Origin: Dehalococcoidia bacterium | GTDB taxonomy: Bacteria; Chloroflexota; Dehalococcoidia; SZUA-161 | NCBI GenBank assembly: GCA_014874385.1 | Contig: JACWAE010000035.1 | Location: forward strand, 1-24,000 | DNA: 24,000 bases | Direction: 5' to 3' | In this document: positions 14,604 through 21,562 of the stretch, piece by piece | How the letters are laid out: each line of letters opens with the position of its first letter | Numbering within the stretch: the first letter of the stretch is position 1 | Program-made: the position numbers and the translations under genes | The notes under the pieces: generated by a model | What the model was told of the DNA's origin: nothing | The model's input: the letters and a program-made list of their open reading frames with translations, nothing else | Databases searched by the model: none

Positions 14604-15197
14604 ATGCTTAAAGGATTGTACAAGAACCTGCGCCGGGATGAGAGAGGCATCACTGGCCTGGAGACGGCGATCATCCTGATTGCCTTCGTGGTTGTAGCCT
14701 CCGTATTTGCGTATACCGTGTTGTCGGCAGGTATTTTCTCGTCCCAGAAGGCCCAGGAGGCGGTCTATGCAGGGCTGGCAGAGACCCAGGCGACCATGAA
14801 TGTCAAGGGGAGCATGTATGCTTATGGCAATGACTCCTCTGGGAACTGGACTGTGGACGCAGTGTCGTTCACGCTGACCACTGCTGAGAAGGGGCAGGCC
14901 ATTGACCTGACGCCGAACACTGGGAATGGTACTGCTGTCACCGTAATCAGCTACACTGATAAAGACCAGCATGTTGCCGCGTTGCCGTGGACTGTCACCT
15001 GGATAGGCAAGAACAACGGTGACAACCTGCTGGAGCAGGATGAGCAGGCTGTGGTAAGGGTAGACTTATCAGGACTGAGCCCCCTTCCCATCGCTTATGA
15101 CACATTCACCATTGAGGTGAAGCCTGTGACCGGTGCAGCCCTGGTACTGAACCGGACGTTGCCCGCCAGGATCGATGCTGTGATAAACCTTGACTAG
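14604..15197 (+). CDS. Archaellin-like protein 2 (paralog of 13912-14535)
   Basis: SD GAGGAGG lies upstream. The N-terminal segment RG|[34 protein letters not shown] is identical to the paralog. The central region is divergent, and the C-terminus [20 protein letters not shown] is related. Confidence 0.7.
   Translation: [197 protein letters not shown]
14640..14777 (+). repeat. Conserved N-terminal cassette, copy 2
   Basis: See 13948-14085. Confidence 0.7.
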
Positions 15198-15221
15198 AAG
15201 CAGAAGTGGGCGAAGATGAAA

Positions 15222-15274
15222 GAGGCCGCTGGCACGGGGGCAAAAATACCGCCCCGGCAGCGACCTCTTTGTTG
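15222..15274 (+). terminator. Possible terminator after the archaellin-like pair
   Basis: An imperfect GC-rich stem pairs GAGGCCGCTGGCACGGGGGC with GCCCCGGCAGCGACCTC. It is followed by TTTGTTG. Confidence 0.35.
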
Positions 15275-15305
15275 AGAATTGATACCTAACCGCTCCCCCT
15301 CTCTA

Positions 15306-15334
15306 TTGACTTGCACCGTATTTGTCTCTAGCAT
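15306..15334 (+). promoter_or_regulatory. Putative sigma70 promoter for the HgdB-like gene
   Basis: TTGACT (15306-15311), a 17-nt spacer, then TAGCAT (15329-15334). Confidence 0.4.
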
Positions 15335-15379
15335 AGTCTTACCACGGCAAGAGTCTCACGAAATAAAGGTGGGGTAGCG

Positions 15380-16693
15380 ATGGCTCTAAGAGGCCTCGAG
15401 CGCTTCAAGCAGGAGCGTGATGCGCTGCAGCTCGTTCTTCAAACGCTTGAGCAGAATCAATCGCCTGAAAGCCAGCTTACTGCAACCCTGATTGAGGCGA
15501 TGCTAGAGACCGCCCAGCGCATAATTGAAGCTGCTGAAAGGGGCGAGCCTTTCATCGCAACCTCTTACGGGAACGCACCGGAGCTGCTGGTTGCCCTGGA
15601 CCTCCCCTGGTACCCGCTTTTGCTGGTGACATATCTGCCCACCCGGCAACCCTTCATTTTGCAAGAAATCGATGAAGCAGTCAGATTCGGGCTGGGCACC
15701 GATACCTGCACGCTCATCAGGTTAGGCATCAGCAATGTTCAGGCGGGACGCGTACCGCTGCCAACTGCATTCGTCGGCCTGCTTTCCCCGTGCGACGGTG
15801 CCAGCGCGCTGCATCAGGCCATAGCTCACGACAGGTACTGGCGCAACGTGCCGACTTTCTGCACCGACCCCCCATACCGGGATAACGACCTCAGCATAGA
15901 TTTCCACGCTGACGAGCTACGGGGTATGGTATCCTTCCTCGAAGAACACACCGGCCGCAAGCTGAACCTTGACCGACTTCGAGAGGTTGTCAAAGAGTCC
16001 AACAAACAATACGAGCTGTGGGCAGCGTACAATAAAATGAGGCGTGTAGTGCCATGCCCCCCTGCAGCTTCCAAGGGAGCGCAGGCCTGGAATGTGGCTC
16101 AGAACTTCATGGTTGGCGATCCCAGAGGCACCGAGTGGTTCAGAAAGCTTGTCCGCATCACAGAGCAGCAGGTAAGAGAGGGCAAGGGGTATGCGCCGAA
16201 CGAAAGGATAAGGCTGCTATGGTTTGATGTTCCTCCTCTATGGTCATCTGAGTTGACAAAGTGGCTTAAAGAGGAGTGGGGAGCCTGTATCGTAATGGAC
16301 ATGATGGGTTATGCATCCCAGACGTTGATTGACACCTCAAGTGAGCAGAGCATATTCAGGGGCCTGGCCAAGAGGAATCTGTGCGAACTGCCCATGGTCA
16401 GGCAAGTTCACGGCACTGCTGATACCCTCATCAATGACATCGTGCAGTTATCGAAAGACTACAAGATAGACTGTGTCATCTGGCCCGCCCATATGGGGCA
16501 CAAGGATGGGTCGGCAAGTATAGGCATCATGCGCCAGATATGCCGCGAAATCGGGGTTCCCTTCCTCGCCCTGGGGCTCGACCTCTTCGACAAAAGATAC
16601 ACATCAATAGAGCGCCTGAAGGACAAGCTCTCCGAGTTCTTCGATACAATGGGGCTTGGTCAGACGCAGCTACTTGAGCCATCATCGCATTAA
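15380..16693 (+). CDS. 2-hydroxyacyl-CoA dehydratase / BcrC-BadD-HgdB family protein (possibly double-cubane-cluster-protein-like)
   Basis: 437 aa. SD AAGGTGGGG lies upstream. The overall pattern resembles HGD-D family members: an N-terminal helical segment, then PFIATSYGNAPELLVALDLPWYP, the conserved Cys contexts TDTCTLIR and SPCDGASALHQ, and C-terminal DCVIWPAHMGHKDG. Confidence 0.6.
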   Translation: MALRGLERFKQERDALQLVLQTLEQNQSPESQLTATLIEAMLETAQRIIEAAERGEPFIATSYGNAPELLVALDLPWYPLLLVTYLPTRQPFILQEIDEAVRFGLGTDTCTLIRLGISNVQAGRVPLPTAFVGLLSPCDGASALHQAIAHDRYWRNVPTFCTDPPYRDNDLSIDFHADELRGMVSFLEEHTGRKLNLDRLREVVKESNKQYELWAAYNKMRRVVPCPPAASKGAQAWNVAQNFMVGDPRGTEWFRKLVRITEQQVREGKGYAPNERIRLLWFDVPPLWSSELTKWLKEEWGACIVMDMMGYASQTLIDTSSEQSIFRGLAKRNLCELPMVRQVHGTADTLINDIVQLSKDYKIDCVIWPAHMGHKDGSASIGIMRQICREIGVPFLALGLDLFDKRYTSIERLKDKLSEFFDTMGLGQTQLLEPSSH

Positions 16694-17161
16694 ACACTTC
16701 TCAAAATCGGCTACCAGATAGTTCTTGCCTTTCTGGATTATCTTATGGCCCTCCCCCTCCAGAAGCCTTTTTTGAGTCTCAACCCCGCCGGGATATTTCT
16801 CGTTGATAACCCCTCTTGATTTCAATGTCCGCCAATAGGGGATGGTTTCTCTCTTGCCTTCTGTTGCGGCTTCCTCCGCCGCATGAGCCGCAACCCAGGC
16901 AAAGATTCCCGTCGTTATGGGACATCCGATGGAAGCGCAGTGCCTTTCAGCCAGGATTTCGCGGATCTCATTTATAGTAATGAGCTTGCCCCTGGGGACC
17001 TTACCCATAATCTCAGCCACTTCCCTGGGTGCCGGGATAACGACGGTACCCGTTCCCCATCTCTTGCTCATCTTATCGTTTATCTCTACCACCTTGGGCA
17101 GGTCTTTGCTGTCCGCCAGCTTCTCCTGCCAGGACTTGCGCGGCTGGGATTTGCTTCCCAT
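16682..17161 (-). CDS. MGMT-family (alkyltransferase-like DNA-binding domain) protein lacking the PCHR active site
   Basis: The sequence SWQEKLADSKDLPKVVEI...VPRGKLITINEIREILAERHCASIGCPITTGIFAWVAAHAAEE resembles proteins annotated as MGMT family. The strong SD AAGGAGG 7 nt before the ATG at 17161 argues against the 17209 start in the ORF track. The 3' end overlaps the convergent gene by 12 nt. Confidence 0.5.
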   Translation of the reverse strand: MGSKSQPRKSWQEKLADSKDLPKVVEINDKMSKRWGTGTVVIPAPREVAEIMGKVPRGKLITINEIREILAERHCASIGCPITTGIFAWVAAHAAEEAATEGKRETIPYWRTLKSRGVINEKYPGGVETQKRLLEGEGHKIIQKGKNYLVADFEKCLMR

Positions 17162-17294
17162 CCCCTTGCCTCCTTGATAATAAGGTCTAGTTGTATTCAT
17201 GCACCTCATTATAACCGAAAATTGGGAGCGATTCGCGAACCACCCCTGGATTCCCCGCTTAAACCGATCCCTTGACGAGAGAGGAATTCATCAT

Positions 17295-17358
17295 CCTCCC
17301 TCCTCTGGCAGGAGGGATTGGAGGGGGAGGGCTACTTCTCCCTCCCCCGCTCCTCTGC
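17295..17358 (+). promoter_or_regulatory. Polypyrimidine/polypurine alternative-hairpin leader upstream of mntP
   Basis: Hairpin 1 pairs CCCTCCT (17298-17304) with AGGAGGG (17310-17316). Hairpin 2 pairs GGGGGAGGG (17323-17331) with CCCTCCCCC (17340-17348). The purine tract at 17310-17331 could pair with either flanking pyrimidine tract. Confidence 0.3.
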
Positions 17359-17372
17359 TATACTATGGCATT

Positions 17373-17933
17373 GTGGATTTAATCTCGATTCCCCTCATAG
17401 CAGTCGGCTTATCCATGGACTGCCTGGCAGTCGCTATTGCCGGCAGCATCTCCGTGCCTGGCGTTTCCCACCGCCAGATACTGCGGGTCGCCTTCGCCTT
17501 CGGGCTGTTCCAGTTCGGTATGCTGGTGGGAGGCTGGTATGCCGGGCAGACAGTTGTGGAAACCGTCGAGGCCTACGACCACTGGATAGCCTTCGGTTTG
17601 CTGCTGCTGGTGGGCGCACATATGCTCTGGGAGGCCATACGGGGTGAAGAGGAAGGCCACAAACGCACCGACATCACCAAGGGTATACCCTTACTCACCC
17701 TGTCCATAGCCACCAGCATAGACTCGCTGGGTGTTGGCCTGGGCCTGGCCTTTGTAGAGTCAAGGGTATGGCTCGCCGCCCTGATAGTGGGGAGCGTTTG
17801 TTTCCTCATCACCGCCGCCGGTTTTTACACAGGCAAAAGGATTGGGGGCTGGCTGGGGCGCTGGGCCGATGCCCTCGGCGGGCTGGTTCTCATAGGCATC
17901 GGGGTTAGGATACTGATAACGCACCTGTTCTGA
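17373..17933 (+). CDS. mntP: Manganese efflux pump MntP
   Basis: The N-terminus from the GTG at 17373 (MDLISIPLIAVGLSMDCLAVAIAGS) matches the N-terminus of about 188-aa MntP proteins (LSMDAFAVS). A second half-repeat reads LSIATSIDSLGVGL. The 58 upstream codons in the ORF track are non-hydrophobic and overlap the divergent gene. Confidence 0.8.
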   Translation: MDLISIPLIAVGLSMDCLAVAIAGSISVPGVSHRQILRVAFAFGLFQFGMLVGGWYAGQTVVETVEAYDHWIAFGLLLLVGAHMLWEAIRGEEEGHKRTDITKGIPLLTLSIATSIDSLGVGLGLAFVESRVWLAALIVGSVCFLITAAGFYTGKRIGGWLGRWADALGGLVLIGIGVRILITHLF

Positions 17934-17960
17934 TTGTCGCAACCCACGCCATAAGACAAT

Positions 17961-17988
17961 GTAGGGGCTCAAAATTTTGAGCCCCTAC
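17961..17988. repeat. Perfect 28-nt palindrome, GTAG...CTAC family; probable mntP terminator
   Basis: The sequence is GTAGGGGCTCAAAATTTTGAGCCCCTAC, 27 nt after the mntP stop. Confidence 0.7.
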
Positions 17989-18122
17989 CGAAAGCCTTGA
18001 CAGCCAGCAAACGAAGAGCTTAACATAGCCATTGGATAGCATTGTAATTCCCGGCGATCGGGGCACCCCAGTGTGCACATTCGGTATTTAAGTTGGGGGA
18101 TTACGTAAAGGCATAACTTGTT

Positions 18123-18833
18123 ATGAACATCGAATTAGAGACACTGCTCCATCGGAGAGTTATCACACACTGCAAACAACTTTACGAGGATGGGCACTAT
18201 AAACATGCTGCCCTGGAAGCGATGACTCAAGTGGAGTTAGCTTTAAAAGAAAAGGTGGATGTTAAAAACAAGTATGGCGTCAAGCTTATAGAAGGTCTCT
18301 TTGGGGAGCGAAAAGGCATTAAGCTACATGTGCCCTTCGGCGGGGAAATGCAAGAACAGGCCGAGACATTGTTAAAAGGGGCTTTCTCATATTACCGAAA
18401 TTATGCTGCGCATGACGGCAGTAAAATAGACGCCAAAACCTGCACAAGGATTATGATATTAGCAAGCGAATTACTCGACCTGATAGGGGCTTCTTCTTTG
18501 AGCTTCGCTGATATTGGTGGCATTTCAGGCCTTGTTCAAGCAGGGGTTTTCCGGGACCCTACCGATATCTTCAAACTACTCTGCTTCATAACTAAGTACG
18601 TAATACCAGACGACATTATTGATGGCTTTTATGAAGACTTAGCAATAGAAGGATTCACTGATCATCAAGTTCAGGCAGTTATTGAAACCGGATTAGTTGA
18701 GTATATCACTGAACATCCCTTAGTTCAGTCAGAGGGGATATTCCCCGATGATGAGCCTGAAACAATCAGTCACTTCGAGTTGACCGAGTTAGGGAAAGGG
18801 ACCGTCGCAAGTCTGGCATCGCATGCCACTTAA
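18123..18833 (+). CDS. TIGR02391 (Hypoth_Ymh)-family protein with an uncharacterised acidic C-terminal domain
   Basis: The N-terminal ~125 aa fit the TIGR02391 pattern as I recall it: ...LYEDGHYKHAALEAMTQVELALKE...LLKGAFSYYRNYAAHD...ILASELLDLI. The gene is visibly more AT-rich than its neighbours. Confidence 0.55.
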   Translation: MNIELETLLHRRVITHCKQLYEDGHYKHAALEAMTQVELALKEKVDVKNKYGVKLIEGLFGERKGIKLHVPFGGEMQEQAETLLKGAFSYYRNYAAHDGSKIDAKTCTRIMILASELLDLIGASSLSFADIGGISGLVQAGVFRDPTDIFKLLCFITKYVIPDDIIDGFYEDLAIEGFTDHQVQAVIETGLVEYITEHPLVQSEGIFPDDEPETISHFELTELGKGTVASLASHAT

Positions 18834-18836
18834 CAA

Positions 18837-18864
18837 GTAGGGGCACAGCGCGCTGTGCCCCTAC
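18837..18864. repeat. Perfect 28-nt palindrome, GTAG...CTAC family; bidirectional terminator position
   Basis: The sequence is GTAGGGGCACAGCGCGCTGTGCCCCTAC. It lies between the convergent stops at 18833 (+) and 18869 (-). Confidence 0.7.
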
Positions 18865-18868
18865 GACA

Positions 18869-19288
18869 TCATACCGACTCCTCCACCTTCTTTTTCAGCG
18901 CCTGCACTATCTCCTCGGATAGCTTCTGGCCCCCGCGGCGCACCAAGAAGGCCAGCAGCCCTGAGACCTCGCCGCCTGCGGTGAGCTTCGCTTTGTTCCG
19001 TCCCACAGGCTCCATTTCATAGTAGCGCGTCATCTTTACACCCAGGACTTTCCCCTCCATCATCACGCGACGCCTGGGGACGAACTCGGTGATGGTCATC
19101 AACAAATTGACTGTGATAAGAGACCTGGCTACAACCAAAACCCGTGACCCCGCACCCAGTGGTCCTTTGGTGACCTTCTCAATCTTCTTCAGAGATGGTA
19201 TCCACTTGGGCCACTCCTCGACATTGTTTATCAACGCCCAGGCATTCTCAGGAGATGCGTTGATTTCCACGCTGGCGCTGAATTTCAT
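18869..19288 (-). CDS. SRPBCC (START/polyketide-cyclase-like) family protein
   Basis: MKFSASVEINASPENAWALINNVEEWPKWIPSLKKIE is a typical SRPBCC N-terminus. The ATG at 19288 is preceded by SD GAGGAG and is preferred over 19315. Confidence 0.65.
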   Translation of the reverse strand: MKFSASVEINASPENAWALINNVEEWPKWIPSLKKIEKVTKGPLGAGSRVLVVARSLITVNLLMTITEFVPRRRVMMEGKVLGVKMTRYYEMEPVGRNKAKLTAGGEVSGLLAFLVRRGGQKLSEEIVQALKKKVEESV

Positions 19289-19325
19289 GGTTTTCTCCTC
19301 ATAATACCTTAGCATGTGGGGCGCG

Positions 19326-19406
19326 CCGTTCGTGGTGAGCTTGTCGAACCATGAACGGCTCTGCGCTAGATGCGGACACGCCCTTCGACAGGCTCAGGGC
19401 GAACGG
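19326..19406. repeat. 81-nt imperfect inverted-repeat (REP/MITE-like) element
   Basis: The outer arms are CCGTTCG (19326-19332) and CGAACGG (19400-19406). The inner arms are GTGAGCTTGTCGAA (19335-19348) and TTCGACAGGCTCAG (19384-19397). Translation gives VVSLSNHER and PFDRLRANG. Confidence 0.55.
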
Positions 19407-19444
19407 ATTAAACCACACCCTCCTGGATGAGCTTTCAGCCAAAC

Positions 19445-19473
19445 TTGTCTAGTTCGCTCCGATAGCCTATAAT
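19445..19473 (+). promoter_or_regulatory. Sigma70 promoter of the pabBAC operon
   Basis: TTGTCT (19445-19450), a 17-nt spacer, then TATAAT (19468-19473). Confidence 0.55.
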
Positions 19474-19514
19474 CTAGGGGAGACGCCGACAAAAAGCAAC
19501 CCCTCCTTCAGTTG

Positions 19515-20981
19515 ATGAGCAATAACACTAGCACCATGCAACACCTGCCCTTAGTAGTGGAGATTCCCCATCCACCCACTGCCTCACAGGCATTCGAGTT
19601 ATTCAAGGACAGGCCCTTCAGCTTCTTCCTCGACAGCGGCATGGACCCCCAAAGGCTGGGACGCTACTCCTTCATGGGCAGCGACCCCTTCCTGATTATG
19701 AGGAGCCGCGGCAGGGATATAACCCTCATACGCCCCGATGGCGAAACGACTGTCTCGGGCAACCCCTTCGATGTGCTGGGTGAGCTTCTCCAGAAATATA
19801 AGCTGGAGGGCAATCCCACTGCTCTGCCCTTCGTGGGCGGGGCGGTGGGCTACCTGAGCTATGACCTGGGACATTTCATCGAGAACCTGCCCTCCAAAGC
19901 GGTGGACGACCTGCAGCTTCCCGAATGTTATCTCGCCTTTTACGATGCAGTGGCCATTTTCGACCACCTCGAGGACAGGGCCTATGTCGCCTCCACCGGC
20001 TTCCCTGATAAAGGAGTCGATAGGCAAAAAAGAGCGCAGGCCCGCCTTGAAGAAGTGAAGCGAACCGTAGGCCAGGCGCCCCGCCTGTGCGAGGACAAAG
20101 CCTCTTATCTCGACCAACCCGCCGGCAAACGGGTAAACCTGTGCTCCAATTTCACCCACGAGCGTTATCTGGAGGCGGTGAAGAGAGCCAGGGAGTATAT
20201 CATCGCCGGAGATATTTTTCAGGTCAACCTCTCCCAGCGCTTCGAGGCGGATATGCCTCTGCCTCCTTACGAGCTATACCGCCGCCTGCGCAAAATCAAC
20301 CCCGCCCCCTTCGCCAGCTATCTCAATTTCGACGGCGTGACCGTGGTCAGCGCGTCGCCGGAGAGATTCCTGCTCCTTCGCAGCGACCGTGTGGAGACTC
20401 GTCCCATAAAGGGCACCCGTCCCCGGGGCAAAGACCCGGCCAGGGATGAGGCACTGTCCCTGGAATTGATAAACAGCTTCAAGGACAAGGCAGAGCATGT
20501 GATGATTGTCGACCTGGAGCGCAACGATATCGGGCGGGTCTGCCGCTTCGATACGGTGAGGGTCAGCGAGTTGATGGCGCTGGAAAAGTATGCTACAGTG
20601 TTCCACCTCACCTCTACAGTGGAAGGAAGGCTTCGCCCCGGCAAGAATGTCATAGACCTGCTCAGGGCCACCTTCCCCGGAGGCTCTATTTCGGGCGCGC
20701 CCAAGGTCAGGGCTATGGAGATAATCGACGAGCTTGAACCCACCAGAAGGAGTGCCTACACAGGCTCTATCGGCTACCTGAGCTTCGACGGAGGCCTGGA
20801 CCTCAATATTGTAATTCGCACTATCCTGGTCAAAGAAGGGAAAGCCTACTTCCAGGTGGGCGGGGCGGTGGTCTACGACTCCGACCCCGAGGCTGAATAC
20901 ATAGAGACACTTGACAAAGCCAGGGCGTTGATTCAAGCTTTGAGCATGGTCCCCCAGATGGCAACGGAGAGCCACAGATGA
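19515..20981 (+). CDS. pabB: Aminodeoxychorismate synthase component I (chorismate-binding enzyme)
   Basis: Chorismate-utilising motifs are present: [66 protein letters not shown] and GGAVVYDS. The pabB call, rather than trpE, rests on the downstream pabA and class IV aminotransferase (pabC) genes. Confidence 0.8.
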   Translation: MSNNTSTMQHLPLVVEIPHPPTASQAFELFKDRPFSFFLDSGMDPQRLGRYSFMGSDPFLIMRSRGRDITLIRPDGETTVSGNPFDVLGELLQKYKLEGNPTALPFVGGAVGYLSYDLGHFIENLPSKAVDDLQLPECYLAFYDAVAIFDHLEDRAYVASTGFPDKGVDRQKRAQARLEEVKRTVGQAPRLCEDKASYLDQPAGKRVNLCSNFTHERYLEAVKRAREYIIAGDIFQVNLSQRFEADMPLPPYELYRRLRKINPAPFASYLNFDGVTVVSASPERFLLLRSDRVETRPIKGTRPRGKDPARDEALSLELINSFKDKAEHVMIVDLERNDIGRVCRFDTVRVSELMALEKYATVFHLTSTVEGRLRPGKNVIDLLRATFPGGSISGAPKVRAMEIIDELEPTRRSAYTGSIGYLSFDGGLDLNIVIRTILVKEGKAYFQVGGAVVYDSDPEAEYIETLDKARALIQALSMVPQMATESHR

Positions 20982-21562
20982 TTCTGCTTATAGATAATTA
21001 TGACTCCTTCGTCTACAACCTGGCGCAATACATTGGGGAGCTGGGCTGGGAGCCCGTGGTATATCGCAACGACGCCATCGGTCTGGACGAGATTAAAAAG
21101 CTGGCCCCAAGCCATATCGTGATTTCCCCAGGGCCCTGTACCCCGCTGGAGGCCGGCATCTCTAACGATGTGGTGCGCCATTTCGGCGGCAAAATCCCTA
21201 TGCTGGGCGTATGTCTGGGACATCAGGCCATCGGCTATGTCTACGGCGGCGTGGTGGGGAGGGCAAAGCTCCCCATGCACGGCAAAACCTCTATAGTCCA
21301 CCATGACGGCAGGACAATCTTCAAAGGGATAGCAAACCCCTTTGTGGGCGGGCGCTACCACTCGCTGATTGTTGAGCATAACCAGCTCCCGGATTGCCTG
21401 GAAATCTCGGCATGGACAGATGACAAGATAATCATGGGCGTCCGCCACAAGGAATATGTGGTGGAGGGCATACAGTTTCACCCCGAATCCATTCTCACCG
21501 ATGTCGGGCACGACGTCCTGAAAAATTTCCTGAGCTTCACCGAGCCAATATGGAGCAAATAG
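20978..21562 (+). CDS. pabA: Aminodeoxychorismate/anthranilate synthase component II (glutamine amidotransferase)
   Basis: The N-terminus is [18 protein letters not shown]. The catalytic Cys lies in [10 protein letters not shown], and the HPES motif is present. The start overlaps the pabB stop (ATGA). Confidence 0.85.
   Translation: MILLIDNYDSFVYNLAQYIGELGWEPVVYRNDAIGLDEIKKLAPSHIVISPGPCTPLEAGISNDVVRHFGGKIPMLGVCLGHQAIGYVYGGVVGRAKLPMHGKTSIVHHDGRTIFKGIANPFVGGRYHSLIVEHNQLPDCLEISAWTDDKIIMGVRHKEYVVEGIQFHPESILTDVGHDVLKNFLSFTEPIWSK

Noticed and set aside
13912-15197. Interpreting the pair as bacterial Flp/Tad or type IVa pilins
   Set aside because: The proteins are about 200 aa with a large beta-rich domain. 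They lack the Flp G/XXXXEY motif and the type IVa G/FTLIE motif. The hydrophobic helix matches archaeal class III sequences much better. This is kept as an alternative to be tested by HMMs.
17199-17372. N-terminal 58-codon extension of mntP, and the 17209 start of the divergent MGMT-like gene
   Set aside because: The extension is non-hydrophobic, overlaps the divergent gene and is absent from MntP proteins. The GTG at 17373 reproduces the normal MntP N-terminus. For the MGMT-like gene, a consensus SD precedes the ATG at 17161.
17210-17372. Classical yybP-ykoY manganese riboswitch upstream of mntP
   Set aside because: The hallmark motifs I remember (GGGGAGUAG in L1 and the later UUGACAUA/AGCAAGACC elements in the correct order) are not present. 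Only a loosely similar GGGGGAGGGCUAC occurs. The question needs cmsearch for a definitive answer.
19515-21562. Calling these genes trpE/trpG (anthranilate synthase)
   Set aside because: The immediately downstream, overlapping class IV aminotransferase-fold gene fits ADC lyase (pabC), and no trpD/C/B/A genes follow. pabB/pabA is therefore the more parsimonious call, although the component II subunit could serve both pathways.
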